Assembly (NCBI GenBank): GCA_963702605.1
Contig: CAVPDI010000028.1
Coordinates: 79,060-143,059 of the forward strand
Direction: 5' to 3'
Origin: an uncultured Pseudomonadota bacterium
GTDB taxonomy: Bacteria; Pseudomonadota; Alphaproteobacteria; Rhizobiales; Xanthobacteraceae
DNA length: 64,000 nt
Each line of letters opens with the position of its first letter. Position 1 is the stretch's first letter. Of this stretch, positions 40,015 to 50,502 are shown in pieces. Below the pieces are notes generated by a model, which did no database searches, was not told the origin of the DNA, and was given only the letters and a program-made list of their open reading frames with translations. The position numbers and the translations under genes were made by a program.

Positions 40015-42720
40015 ATGACTTCGCTCGATAGTTTCAGGTGCTGCAAAACGCTGCAGGTTGGCAGCAAGAGTTACGCCTATTTCAGCCTTCCCATTGCCGA
40101 GCGGAACGGACTTAAGGGCATTAGCCGCTTGCCGTTCTCGATGAAGGTGCTTCTGGAGAACCTGCTGCGCAACGAAGATGGGCGCACGGTCACCAAAGAT
40201 GACATCAAAGCGGTGGCGGAGTGGCTCAAGACCAAGACGTCGGAACACGAGTTAGCGTTTCGCCCGGCGCGCGTGCTGATGCAGGACTTTACCGGCGTGC
40301 CGGCGGTCGTCGACCTTGCCGCCATGCGCGACGCAATGAAACATCTCGGCGGCGATCCGAAAAAAATCAATCCGCAGGTTCCGGTTGATCTCGTCATCGA
40401 CCACTCGGTGGCGGTGACGTTTTTCGGCAACAATCAGGCGTTCAAGAAGAATGTCGAAGAGGAGTACCGGCAAAATCAGGAACGTTACAAGTTCCTCAAG
40501 TGGGCGCAGCGGTCGTTCGATAATTTCAGCGTTGTTCCGCCGGGGACCGGCATCTGTCACCAGGTGAACCTCGAATATCTCTCGCGCGTGGTCTGGAACC
40601 GTAAGGAGAAGGTGAAGGTCGACGGCAAGCAGTCAACCATGGAAGTCGCATATCCCGACACGCTGGTCGGAACCGATTCGCACACGACAATGGTCAATGG
40701 CCTGTCGGTGCTGGGTTGGGGCGTTGGCGGGATTGAGGCCGAGGCCGCCATGCTTGGCCAGCCATTGTCGATGGTCTTGCCGGAGGTGATCGGCTTCAAG
40801 CTCGCCGGCAAACTCAAAGAAGGTGTAACGGCCACCGACCTCGTGCTCACGGTGACCGAGATGCTGCGCAGGCGCGGTGTGGTCGGAAAGTTTGTCGAGT
40901 TCTTCGGCCCGGGCCTAGCGCATCTCACCATCGCCGACCGCGCCACCCTCGGCAACATGTCGCCGGAATACGGCGCGACGTGCGGGTTCTCGCCGATCGA
41001 TGACGATACCATTCGTTATATGAAAGATACCGCCCGCCCGCCCGAACTTATTTCGCTCGTCGCCGCTTATGCGAAGGCCCAGGGCATGTATCGGGTGAAG
41101 ACGACACCTGACCCGATTTTCACCGATGTACTCAAGCTTGAATTGGGATCCGTCGAGCCTTCGCTCGCGGGCCCGAAGCGTCCCCAGGATCGCGTTGCCC
41201 TCAAGGAAGTCAAAGCGGGCTTCGCAAACTCGATGGACAAGGAATTCGGAAAGAGTGCCGAGGCAAAAAAACGCGTGAAGGTCGGTGGCAAGGATTACGA
41301 TCTCGGTCACGGCGATGTTGTAATTGCGGCAATCACATCCTGCACAAACACATCCAATCCGAATGTGATGATTGGCGCCGGCTTGCTCGCGCGTAAGGCC
41401 GCGGCGAAAGGCTTGACCGTCAAGCCGTGGGTCAAGACCTCGCTTGCTCCGGGCTCGCAGGTTGTCGGCGAATATCTCGAAAAATCAGGGCTGCAAAAAG
41501 ATCTCGACAAGCTCGGCTTTAACTTAGTCGGCTTCGGCTGCACGACCTGCATAGGCAATTCGGGTCCGCTACCGCCGGAGAATTCAAAAACGATCAACGA
41601 CAATGATCTTGTTGCGGCCGCCGTGTTGTCGGGCAATCGCAATTTCGAGGGCCGCGTCAACGCCGATGTACGCGCCAATTATCTTGCCTCACCGCCGCTG
41701 GTCGTATCTTACGCGCTCGCGGGATCAATGAATGTCGACGTTGCGCGAGAACCGCTCGGCGTCGATCAGAAGGGAAAGAAGGTTTTCCTCAAAGACATCT
41801 GGCCGACGAACAAGGAAATCGGCGAATTTGTCGCTAAGAACATCACGCGTCAGATGTTTGCCAAGAAATATGCCGACGTATTCAAGGGCGACGCGAACTG
41901 GCGGAAGATCAGTGTCAAGGGCGGAATGACCTATGATTGGGACAAGAAATCAACCTACGTGCAAAATCCGCCGTATTTCGTCGGCATGGGGCGGCATCCG
42001 AAGCCGCTTGAAGATATCGTCGATGCGCGCGTGCTTGCATTACTGCTCAATTCGATAACGACCGATCATATTTCGCCGGCCGGGTCTATTAAAATGGATT
42101 CACCTGCCGGGAAATATCTGGTCGCGCACAAGGTCAAGCCTGCCGACTTCAATCAGTACGGCACTCGCCGCGGCAATCACGAAGTCATGATGCGCGGCAC
42201 ATTCGCCAATATTCGAATCAAGAACCAGATGGTGCCCGGCGTCGAAGGTGGCGTAACGGTCCATTACCCCTCCAAGCAGCGGATGGCGATCTACGATGCG
42301 GCAATGAAATACATGGCCGACAGGGTTCCGCTGGTCGTGTTCGCTGGAAAGGAATACGGCAGCGGCTCATCGCGTGACTGGGCAGCAAAGGGCTCCGTGC
42401 TTCTCGGCATCCGCGCGGTGATTGCGCAATCATTCGAGCGCATTCACCGCTCCAACCTGGTCGGTATGGGCGTGATGCCGCTGATATTCGAAGAGGGGAC
42501 TTCCTGGCAGTCGCTGGGGCTCAAAGGCGACGAACAGGTCACGATCCGCGGCTTGCACGGCGAAATCAAGCCGCATCAGCGGCTGATCGCCGAGATTGTA
42601 TCCGGCAACGGCACACTCAAACGCGTGCCGCTGATTTGTCGCATCGATACATTGGACGAACTCGACTACTTCAGGAATGGCGGCATTTTGCAGTACGTGC
42701 TGCGTCAACTCGCTGGTTGA
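40015..42720 (+). CDS. acnA: Aconitate hydratase A
   Basis: QDFTGVP, VIDHS, ITSCTNTSNP, GCTTCIGNSG, TTDHISPAG, YGSGSSRDWAAKG. Confidence 0.98.
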   Translation: MTSLDSFRCCKTLQVGSKSYAYFSLPIAERNGLKGISRLPFSMKVLLENLLRNEDGRTVTKDDIKAVAEWLKTKTSEHELAFRPARVLMQDFTGVPAVVDLAAMRDAMKHLGGDPKKINPQVPVDLVIDHSVAVTFFGNNQAFKKNVEEEYRQNQERYKFLKWAQRSFDNFSVVPPGTGICHQVNLEYLSRVVWNRKEKVKVDGKQSTMEVAYPDTLVGTDSHTTMVNGLSVLGWGVGGIEAEAAMLGQPLSMVLPEVIGFKLAGKLKEGVTATDLVLTVTEMLRRRGVVGKFVEFFGPGLAHLTIADRATLGNMSPEYGATCGFSPIDDDTIRYMKDTARPPELISLVAAYAKAQGMYRVKTTPDPIFTDVLKLELGSVEPSLAGPKRPQDRVALKEVKAGFANSMDKEFGKSAEAKKRVKVGGKDYDLGHGDVVIAAITSCTNTSNPNVMIGAGLLARKAAAKGLTVKPWVKTSLAPGSQVVGEYLEKSGLQKDLDKLGFNLVGFGCTTCIGNSGPLPPENSKTINDNDLVAAAVLSGNRNFEGRVNADVRANYLASPPLVVSYALAGSMNVDVAREPLGVDQKGKKVFLKDIWPTNKEIGEFVAKNITRQMFAKKYADVFKGDANWRKISVKGGMTYDWDKKSTYVQNPPYFVGMGRHPKPLEDIVDARVLALLLNSITTDHISPAGSIKMDSPAGKYLVAHKVKPADFNQYGTRRGNHEVMMRGTFANIRIKNQMVPGVEGGVTVHYPSKQRMAIYDAAMKYMADRVPLVVFAGKEYGSGSSRDWAAKGSVLLGIRAVIAQSFERIHRSNLVGMGVMPLIFEEGTSWQSLGLKGDEQVTIRGLHGEIKPHQRLIAEIVSGNGTLKRVPLICRIDTLDELDYFRNGGILQYVLRQLAG

Positions 42721-42751
42721 CTGGAAGTTTGTTAACAGTGGGCAGGGTGGG

Positions 42752-42775
42752 GCCACTCACTGCGAAGTGAGTGGC
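42752..42775. other. Perfect 10-bp hairpin with GCGA tetraloop after acnA (possible mRNA stabiliser or terminator)
   Basis: GCCACTCACT-GCGA-AGTGAGTGGC; no U-tract. Confidence 0.5.
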
Positions 42776-42833
42776 GGGTGATCAACGGAGCGACATATAA
42801 CGCACGTGCGAGGCAGGGGATCGCGGGATCGAT

Positions 42834-43607
42834 ATGGACTATCGCCACATCACCTTTGCAGTCGCTTTTGTATTCGGCGCATACGGCGCGATGACGGCGC
42901 CAGTCGTGGCAGAGCCACGGGCCGTTATTGAATTATTCACCAGCCAAGGATGTTCATCCTGTCCCGCCGCAGACAAGCTGCTCGGCGAGCTTTCGCGTGA
43001 CCCGTCCCTGGTGACGATGAGCCTTGCTGTCGATTACTGGGATTATCTGGGCTGGAAAGACACGCTCGCATTGCATGGCCATTCCAATCGGCAGCGCGCT
43101 TATGCCGAAGCCCGAGGCGATCGCGAAGTCTATACCCCGCAGGTGGTTGTCAACGGCGTCGTGCATGCGCTCGGCAGCGACAAGTCCGCAATCGAGAAGG
43201 CGATCGCCCAGACGCGGCGCGATCCGGCGACGCTGGCGCTGCCGGTAACCATGGTTGTTGCCGAAGGTAAAGTGACCGTGAATGTACCCGATGCCGAGGG
43301 CGATCACCGCAGCGGCGAAGTGTGGCTTTGCCCCGTAACCAGCAAAGTGTCGGTGCATGTGGGTCGAGGTGAGAATCACGATCGCACACTCACCTACAGC
43401 AATGTGGTCCGCCGTTGGGTGAAGCTCGGCGATTGGTCCGGCAAGGCTGCTACCTTCACCGTGCCGCTCAGTGAAATTTCGCAAGGCGACTATTCGCCCA
43501 AGGACATCAATCGAATTGATGTCGTGTTGCAAAGCGGCGTAGCCGCAAAGCCGGGCCTGATGCTCGGTGCCGCATCGACTGCCTGCTGCGCGGCGTCGGC
43601 TAATTGA
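42834..43607 (+). CDS. DUF1223 thioredoxin-like secreted protein
   Basis: ELFTSQGCSSCPAAD, VDYWDYLGWKD, YTPQVVVNG, GEN. Confidence 0.93.
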   Translation: MDYRHITFAVAFVFGAYGAMTAPVVAEPRAVIELFTSQGCSSCPAADKLLGELSRDPSLVTMSLAVDYWDYLGWKDTLALHGHSNRQRAYAEARGDREVYTPQVVVNGVVHALGSDKSAIEKAIAQTRRDPATLALPVTMVVAEGKVTVNVPDAEGDHRSGEVWLCPVTSKVSVHVGRGENHDRTLTYSNVVRRWVKLGDWSGKAATFTVPLSEISQGDYSPKDINRIDVVLQSGVAAKPGLMLGAASTACCAASAN

Positions 43608-43626
43608 TCTCTCTGTTATTCGCCTG

Positions 43627-43800
43627 GAAGAAAAATCGGGCCGGCATTGAGCCGGCCCGAAGGCATATAGGGGATTGAACCGTACGCGGAACTCAACTGG
43701 CCCGGCCGATCGAGCCCCGGGGGGCTGGGGGGCTGAGGAATCCGGTGCTCGTACCGGGCCGGGCCTTGAGGCAACGCTGCTGTTATCCCAACGCAGCGTG
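43627..43800 (-). ncRNA. Candidate multi-stem small RNA with C-rich loop
   Basis: Several hairpins and a terminal U-tailed terminator on the strand opposite both flanking genes; no credible ORF. Confidence 0.6.
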
Positions 43801-43966
43801 ACGGGCGATTGACCGAATTTGGGCGTTATTGTGGGAGCGATTAACGAGTTCGTGATCGTCCGCCCCGCCTTTTCGAGCGTTTTTCACCCCTTTTGTGCAT
43901 CGAGGAAGCACTTGCCGAGCGCCGCGGTCGGCGCGATCATTGCGGCCAACCAAAAGGAGGCGCCGC

Positions 43967-44346
43967 ATGACGTTCGGTCCCGGCGAAATCGATCCCAGCC
44001 AGTCCCACGGGGGCGGTGCTCTGGTGCGCACTGCGTCCGCCCCCGTCCCGCAAGTGACCTTCAGCCGCCGCGAACTCAACCGCATCCTCGATCTCTACGG
44101 CCGCAAAGTCGCCGCCGGCGAGTGGCGCGATTATGCCATCGATTTCCTCAAAGACCGGGCCGTGTTCTCGGTGTTTCGGCGCGCTTCAGAGATACCGCTC
44201 TATCGCATCGAAAAAATCCGAAACTGGCGCGACGGCAGGGAGCCTATAGCGTGATATCCGCAACTGGCCTCATCGTGCGTCGTGGCCATGAACTTGACCG
44301 CGTACTGAAGTCCATAGACCGCTCGCAACTGGTCGTAGTGAATTAG
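43967..44346 (+). CDS. DUF2794 family protein; frameshift near 44215
   Basis: AGGAGG RBS; FSRRELNRILDLYGRKVAAGEWRDYAID..PLYRIEK / PKLARRQGAYSV..RGHEL. Confidence 0.88.
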
Positions 44347-44876
44347 CCGTCGCTTCCGGGCGGGACGGTTGCCCCGGGTCCCAGCGCCCGCTGCATCAGC
44401 ACGGTATCGAGCCAGCGGTCAAATTTGTAGCCGATGTTTTCCAGCACGCCGACATGTGTGAATCCGGCCGCTAAATGCACGCCGATTGACGCTGCCTGAT
44501 CTAAATCACCGATGACAGCGACCATCAAGCGGAAACCAAGTCCAGTGCATGCGTCGATCAATGCGTCCAGCAAGGCTTTGCCGACGCCTCGCCGATGTAT
44601 TTCGTGTGCCACGTAAACCGAGTTCTCGACGGTGAAGCGATATGCGGGCCGCGCGCGATACGGTCCGGCATAGGCATAACCTGCCACTGCTCCATCGATC
44701 GTCGCGACAAGATACGGAAAATTCCTGGCCGTGAGTTCGGCCATGCGGCGCGTCATCTCGGCCTCGTCCGGCGCCGTCAGTTCGAACGAAGCGGTGCCGT
44801 GTTCGACGGCATGCGCATAAATGCGCGTAATCGCAGGAATATCAGCGCGGGCGGCGGGACGAATAACGAAGGACAT
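44343..44876 (-). CDS. GNAT N-acetyltransferase, phosphinothricin/methionine sulfoximine acetyltransferase-like
   Basis: TASFE, RPAYRFTVENSVYV, GVGKALL, GYKFDRWLD. Confidence 0.9.
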   Translation of the reverse strand: MSFVIRPAARADIPAITRIYAHAVEHGTASFELTAPDEAEMTRRMAELTARNFPYLVATIDGAVAGYAYAGPYRARPAYRFTVENSVYVAHEIHRRGVGKALLDALIDACTGLGFRLMVAVIGDLDQAASIGVHLAAGFTHVGVLENIGYKFDRWLDTVLMQRALGPGATVPPGSDG

Positions 44877-44890
44877 ATCGCGAAGCTAAC

Positions 44891-44922
44891 AAAAAACAAA
44901 CGCCCGGGCAGGGGCCCGGGCG
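44891..44922 (-). terminator. Rho-independent terminator after the YccA-family gene
   Basis: CGCCCGGGC-CCCT-GCCCGGGCG followed by TTTGTTTTTT. Confidence 0.85.
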
Positions 44923-44947
44923 CTGAATTTCAGTATGTCCTTGATGC

Positions 44948-45706
44948 TTATCGGCGATCGCCGAGGAACCGCAGCATGAACAAGAACAGGTTGATGAAGT
45001 CCAGATAGAGCGTGAGCGCGCCCATCACGGCTTTGCGTCCGGCAATCGTGCCGTCATCATTGGCGCTATACATTTCCTTGACGCGCTGGGTGTCCCAAGC
45101 GGTCAGGCCAGCGAAAATCAACACACCGATCACCGAGATCGCGAAGTCGAGACCGCTGCTCTTAAGGAAGATGTTGACCACCATCGCCAGGATCAAGCCG
45201 AACAGGCCCATGACCAGGAACGAGCCGACCGGCGAGAGGTCTCGCTGCGTGGTGTAACCGTACAGACTCAATGCGCCGAACGACGCCGCCGAGATGAAGA
45301 ACGTGCGGGTGATCGATGCGCCGGTATAGGCCAGAAAGACCGACGACAGCATGAGGCCGAGCAGGCCGGCATAGACCAAGAACAGCATGAGTGCCGTGCT
45401 GGGCTGCAGATGGTTGATCCGGAAGCTCATGAAAAACACCAGGCCGAGCGTGCCCAGGAACAACACGATCGCTAATGGACCGCTGAAAATGGCTTGCCCG
45501 AACGGCGTAAGAGCAGTGACGCGTCCCGTCGCATCAGTGACGACGGCAGCGCTGTAGGTAAACCAGGCGACGACGCCGGTCAGAGCGACGCCGGCGGCCA
45601 TGTAATTGTAGACGCGGATCATGTAGGCGCGCAGGCCTGCATCGATCGCGACAGCACGCGCGGCGCCGAAGCCGCGGGCAGCTACGTTACGGTCGTAGTC
45701 CGACAT
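44948..45706 (-). CDS. Bax inhibitor-1/YccA family membrane protein
   Basis: DAGLRAYMIRVYNYM, YGYTTQRDLS, ALTLYLDFINLF. Confidence 0.93.
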   Translation of the reverse strand: MSDYDRNVAARGFGAARAVAIDAGLRAYMIRVYNYMAAGVALTGVVAWFTYSAAVVTDATGRVTALTPFGQAIFSGPLAIVLFLGTLGLVFFMSFRINHLQPSTALMLFLVYAGLLGLMLSSVFLAYTGASITRTFFISAASFGALSLYGYTTQRDLSPVGSFLVMGLFGLILAMVVNIFLKSSGLDFAISVIGVLIFAGLTAWDTQRVKEMYSANDDGTIAGRKAVMGALTLYLDFINLFLFMLRFLGDRR

Positions 45707-45937
45707 CGAAGTTTCCTCTCTCTCATGTCCCGGCATTTGGCCGGCCACGTTACGCGCGGCGGCATAATGCAGCCGCGCTCGGTGACGAATCTTAGTGGCT
45801 GGGGAGCCTTGGCGCCAGATATGGCTTGATGATGGCCCTATATCCTTGCGGAATATTAATATCCGAGGCCGGAAATATAGCTCAAACCCCGCCCATCGGG
45901 CTGGCGGTGCTCCGCACGCGTCGGAATGTCGCAAAAA

Positions 45938-48505
45938 CTACAGATTCCGCAGTACCAGAGCCGGTTTTTGGCCGAGGGCGGCAAAGGTGCCTGTGAGCCC
46001 AAGTATGACAGTAACCATGACTGCCACAGTGGCGGCGGCAAGGGCTGGACCGGGCAGCCAGGTGAAGGGCAGGTGCATCAGCTCGACAACGATCAGCCAC
46101 CCGGCGAGCGACCCGGCCGCAACGCCAAACAGCGCGGTGGCCGTACCGAGCAGAAGGTATTCAACGGTATAGGCCGAAATGAGCTGGCGGCGCGTGGCGC
46201 CCAGCGTTTTTAGGACCACCGCATCATAGACTCTATGGCTGTGGCCGGCGGCCAGTGCGCCGCCCAGCACCAGCGCCGCGGCTATCAGCGTAATCGCGCT
46301 GGCCCCGCGAATTGCCAGTACGAGGTTGGCAATGATGCTCCCAATCGCTTCCAATGCTTCCTTCACGCGCACAGTTGTGACCGTGGGAAAGGCTTTGGCT
46401 ACGGCGGCGATAGTGCTGGCCTCCTGAGCCGGAGTTCCGCCGCCAAGATAGGTGAGCGTCGCGAGATGGGTATGCGGGGCAGCCCGAAACGAATTCGGCG
46501 AGAAGACCATCACGAAATTGATCCCCAGGCTTTCCCAATCGACCGTCCGCAGGTTGGCGATAGTTGCGGTTATGTTGCGGCCGAGAATGTTGACGACGAT
46601 CGGGTCGCCGAGCTTGAGTCCAAGTCCGTCGGCGATGCGCTTTTCGAATGAGACAAGCGGTGGCCCATTGTAGTCGCTTCCCCACCATTTTCCTGCGGCA
46701 AGGCGCGAGCCGGGAGGGATGACGTCCGAATATGTGATGCCGCGGTCGCTTTGCAGGACCCAGGCGGCATCATCCCGCGGCTTTATTTTTTCCGCCGGCG
46801 TACCGCCCGCCGAGATGATTCGTCCCCGTAGCATGGGGACCTCTTCCACCGTCGCAGACGGTGCCAGATTGCGAACGAATGCCACGAACGGCTCGGCCTG
46901 ATCGGCGGGGATATCCAGAAAATAGAACGACGGTGCTTTCGCGGGCAACTCGTTGGAGAACTGGCGGCGCAGGTTGCCGTCGATCTCGATGACCGTCACC
47001 AGCAACGTGATGCCAAGACCAAGCGACAGCACGATGGTCGGGGTCAGAGCGCTGGGTCGGTGAATATTGGCAATGGCCATGCGCAGGCCGGTCGAGCTCA
47101 TGCGCGGTGCGCGCCGCGCCAGCAACATCAATAGCGCGGCGACGGCCCGCAGGAGCAGGAACACCGCCGCCGCTGTGCCGACATAGATTATCGCCACGCG
47201 GCGGTCATAGGCGAGCAGAATGGCAAGTGCGGCGAGAACGAAGATGGTGATCGCTGTGAGCGCGACATAGTTGGCGCGGGGTCGCCGATGTTGAGGCTCC
47301 ACCAATTCACGAAACAATCCTCCGACCGGCACATCGTGGGCGCGGCCAAGCGGCCAGAATGCGAAGGCGAGTGTCGTGAGCAGTCCGTACACCGTTGCCA
47401 GCATGAGCTCGATTGGATGCACAGCCGGCAAAATCGGCAGCGGAATGAGTGCGCCAAATGCCCACGAAATACCGAAAGGCAATATCGCGCCCAAAAATAC
47501 GCCGATTCCAGCACCGAGGAGGGCAAGCAGAAGAACCTGCAAGAGATAGATCGCAAATATACGTCGCCCACCTGCGCCGAGCGCCTTCAGCGTGGCGATC
47601 GTCTCCCGTCGCCGGTCGAGATGGCTTTTCACGGCGTTCCCGACACCGACGCCACCCACCAAAAGCGCAGTCAGTCCGACGATCGTGAGGAACTGGGTAA
47701 ATCGCTCGACGTTACGCTCAAGTTGCGGCGAGGCATTGGTGCGACTACGAATGTCCCAGCCGGCCTCCGGCAATTGCGCGCGCGCTTGCGCGGTGACGGC
47801 TTTCGCGCTGTCGTCGGAAGCATCATTCGCCGGCAGCCGCAGCCGATAGTGCCAGCGCACCAGGCTGCCCGGCTGCAACAGACCGGTCGCCCGCAATGCG
47901 TTTTGGCTCACCAGGAGGCGCGGGCCGAAGCCGATGCCAGCGGCCAGTTTGTCGGGCTCGCTTGTCAGAACGGCGCGAACTTCGATGGTTGCGTTGCCAA
48001 TTGTCAGTTGTGCGCCCGGCTTGATTTCGAGCCGTGCCATCAAGGTTGGATCGGCGGCCGCGCCGAAAAGGCGATCGTGCCTTGCCAATGCGTCGGCAAG
48101 CGGACCCGGCGGATCAAGGACGGCCTGTCCGAACAGCGGATAGGCGCTGTCGACGGCCTTCAATTCGACGAGTGTCGCCTGGCCGCCATCCGTGCGCGCC
48201 ATCGCCCGCATGGTCGCGACGCTCGAGGTTGTGCCATGAGCGTTAAGAAAAGCCATTTCGTCAGGTTTTGACTCGCGCTGGATGAGCGTGAATGCAAGAT
48301 CGCCACCGAGGATGGCGCGACCCTCGCGGGCAAGCCCGTCGGCGAGGCTTGCCGCGATCGATGCCACCCCCGCGATTGCCATGCTGCCGAGCGCGATACA
48401 GGCGATAAAAACATAGAACCCATGCAGGCCGCCACGCAATTCGCGCAGGGCAAACCGGAGCGGCAGCCAACAATCTCTGGATGGTGTTGCAAGGCCGACG
48501 GTCAT
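45938..48505 (-). CDS. ABC transporter permease, FtsX-like (YbbP type)
   Basis: 855 aa; LRELRGG, LGGD, YPLFG, LKALGA / LKTLGA; two TM clusters. Confidence 0.9.
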   Translation of the reverse strand: MTVGLATPSRDCWLPLRFALRELRGGLHGFYVFIACIALGSMAIAGVASIAASLADGLAREGRAILGGDLAFTLIQRESKPDEMAFLNAHGTTSSVATMRAMARTDGGQATLVELKAVDSAYPLFGQAVLDPPGPLADALARHDRLFGAAADPTLMARLEIKPGAQLTIGNATIEVRAVLTSEPDKLAAGIGFGPRLLVSQNALRATGLLQPGSLVRWHYRLRLPANDASDDSAKAVTAQARAQLPEAGWDIRSRTNASPQLERNVERFTQFLTIVGLTALLVGGVGVGNAVKSHLDRRRETIATLKALGAGGRRIFAIYLLQVLLLALLGAGIGVFLGAILPFGISWAFGALIPLPILPAVHPIELMLATVYGLLTTLAFAFWPLGRAHDVPVGGLFRELVEPQHRRPRANYVALTAITIFVLAALAILLAYDRRVAIIYVGTAAAVFLLLRAVAALLMLLARRAPRMSSTGLRMAIANIHRPSALTPTIVLSLGLGITLLVTVIEIDGNLRRQFSNELPAKAPSFYFLDIPADQAEPFVAFVRNLAPSATVEEVPMLRGRIISAGGTPAEKIKPRDDAAWVLQSDRGITYSDVIPPGSRLAAGKWWGSDYNGPPLVSFEKRIADGLGLKLGDPIVVNILGRNITATIANLRTVDWESLGINFVMVFSPNSFRAAPHTHLATLTYLGGGTPAQEASTIAAVAKAFPTVTTVRVKEALEAIGSIIANLVLAIRGASAITLIAAALVLGGALAAGHSHRVYDAVVLKTLGATRRQLISAYTVEYLLLGTATALFGVAAGSLAGWLIVVELMHLPFTWLPGPALAAATVAVMVTVILGLTGTFAALGQKPALVLRNL

Positions 48506-49200
48506 GACCGGGTCACGCCGTCGATGCGGCCCGAACGCAGGCGCACGACGCGGTCACATCGCGCAGCGAGTGCGGGGTCGTGTGTAACCAGCACCAGCGT
48601 CGTCTTGCGCTTCGCGTGCCCCGCGAAGAGAAGCTCAATGATCTGCTGACCCGTATCTTCGTCGAGGTTTCCGGTTGGCTCGTCGGCAACCAAAATGGCC
48701 GGATTCGGCGCGAGCGCTCGCGCCACGGCAACCCGTTGCTGTTCGCCGCCCGACAATTGTGCCGGATAGTGATCAAGCCGGTCGCCCAGTCCAACCGCTG
48801 AGAGTTCGTCGCGCGCACGCGCCTGCGCGTCGGCCGCGCCAGCCAATTCCAGCGGCACAGCGACGTTCTCCACTGCGGTCATGGTCGGAATCAGATGAAA
48901 GGATTGGAATACGATGCCGACCTGGCGGCCGCGGAAGCGGGCGAGGGCATCCTCGTCGAATTCGCCCAGATTCATGCCCGCGACTTCTACCCTCCCAGAA
49001 TCCGCCTGTTCGAGGCCCGCCATCACCATCAATAAAGTCGATTTTCCGGACCCAGACGGGCCGACGAGGCCAATTGCCTCGCCATTTCCTATATGCAGAT
49101 CGATATCTTTGAGGATATGAACGCGGGCCGCGCCCTGCCCGAGCGATAGATTGACGCCGGCCAGCGCAATGGCCAGCCCCGCCTGGGAATTATTCGTCAT
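48502..49200 (-). CDS. ABC transporter ATPase (YbbA type)
   Basis: [28 protein letters not shown]. Confidence 0.93.
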   Translation of the reverse strand: MTNNSQAGLAIALAGVNLSLGQGAARVHILKDIDLHIGNGEAIGLVGPSGSGKSTLLMVMAGLEQADSGRVEVAGMNLGEFDEDALARFRGRQVGIVFQSFHLIPTMTAVENVAVPLELAGAADAQARARDELSAVGLGDRLDHYPAQLSGGEQQRVAVARALAPNPAILVADEPTGNLDEDTGQQIIELLFAGHAKRKTTLVLVTHDPALAARCDRVVRLRSGRIDGVTRS

Positions 49201-49264
49201 GGGACCTCATTATCGGCAGCTCCGCTCATATGTGAGGAACCCCGTCGGGGTAAAGCGTCTTGCG

Positions 49265-49900
49265 ATGCGCGCGCTGCTCACGATGTTTTGTCTCATTCTT
49301 CCGGTTGGCGCGCTGGCAGCGGCCGAGAGGCCTGTCAGCATCGTCGTGCTCGGGGATTTGCTCAGCGCGGGCTTCGGCCTGTCGGTTGAAAATGCATTTC
49401 CTGCAAAGCTCGCAGGCACGCTTAAGGCAAATGCCATCGCAGCCTCGATTATAAATGCGGGCGTGTCCGGCGATACCGCTTCAGGGGGGCTCGGACGCCT
49501 CGATTGGTCTGTGCCTGACGGGACCGATGCGGTCATCCTTGAGCTCGGCGCTAATGATGCTTTGCGCGGGCTTGATCCGAAACTCACGAAAGCCGCGCTC
49601 GACACAACCTTGCGCACACTTGCCGACCGTCATATTCCCGTCTTGCTTGCGGGCATGCGTGCGCCGCCCAACATGGGATCCGACTACGCGCGCCAGTTCG
49701 ATGCGATCTATCCCGCGCTTGCCTCGACTTATCCGGTCGTCTTTTATCCATTTTTCCTGGAGGGTGTGGCCGCCGATCCTAAATTGAACCAAGGGGATGG
49801 CATGCATCCGAATGCCGCCGGTGTCGACGTAATCGTGGCCGGTATCCTGCCGAAGGTCGAGGAATTGATTGCCCGGGCGCGCGCTGCGCGTAGCCAGTGA
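49265..49900 (+). CDS. tesA: SGNH/GDSL arylesterase, TesA-like; block I reads GDLL instead of GDSL
   Basis: NAGVSGDT, ELGAND, DGMHPN; divergent from the ybbAP-like genes; start uncertain. Confidence 0.85.
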   Translation: MRALLTMFCLILPVGALAAAERPVSIVVLGDLLSAGFGLSVENAFPAKLAGTLKANAIAASIINAGVSGDTASGGLGRLDWSVPDGTDAVILELGANDALRGLDPKLTKAALDTTLRTLADRHIPVLLAGMRAPPNMGSDYARQFDAIYPALASTYPVVFYPFFLEGVAADPKLNQGDGMHPNAAGVDVIVAGILPKVEELIARARAARSQ

Positions 49901-49915
49901 TTGGAATTGCCAGCC

Positions 49916-50452
49916 ATGCCGCGCCTCTTTACCGGAGTAGAAATTCCGCCCGATGTCGGGCAGGCGCTTGGCATGCTGCGCGGAGGATTGCCGGGCGCGC
50001 GTTGGATCGATCCGCAGAATTATCACCTAACATTGCGGTTCATCGGCGATGTCGATGACGTGATCGCCCATGAAGTTGCCTCCATGCTCGGCCGCGTGAA
50101 GCGTGGGCCATTCGATCTGCACATGGATGGACTGACGTCATTCGGCGGACGCAAGCCGCGTGCTGTGGTCGCGAGCGTGGCGCCCGCTCAGGCCTTGCTG
50201 GATATTCAGGCTGAGCACGAGCGGCTGATGCAGAGGATAGGTCTCGATCCGGAAGGTCGCAAGTTCACGCCACACGTGACGCTGGCGCGCTTGCGTGAAT
50301 CGTCCAGCCAGCAGGTCGCCGAGTATCTTTCGGCGCGAGGCTATTTCCGCACGTCACCGTTCCGGGTCTCGCGGTTCGTTCTGTTTTCGTCGCGCGCCTC
50401 GGTCGGAGGCGGGCCCTACGTGGTTGAAGCGAGTTATCCTTTCGGCAATTGA
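49916..50452 (+). CDS. thpR: RNA 2',3'-cyclic phosphodiesterase (2H family)
   Basis: Two HxT motifs: HLTLRFIG and PHVTLAR. Confidence 0.93.
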   Translation: MPRLFTGVEIPPDVGQALGMLRGGLPGARWIDPQNYHLTLRFIGDVDDVIAHEVASMLGRVKRGPFDLHMDGLTSFGGRKPRAVVASVAPAQALLDIQAEHERLMQRIGLDPEGRKFTPHVTLARLRESSSQQVAEYLSARGYFRTSPFRVSRFVLFSSRASVGGGPYVVEASYPFGN

Positions 50453-50502
50453 GCCAACGGCAGGTCAGGCCCGCTGCATATGTGCGGGCACGAGAGGGCA
50501 AT

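Noticed and set aside
44205-44225. A6 run in DUF2794 as a programmed frameshift site
   Set aside because: Looks like the many other homopolymer indels in the window; no stimulatory structure is evident.
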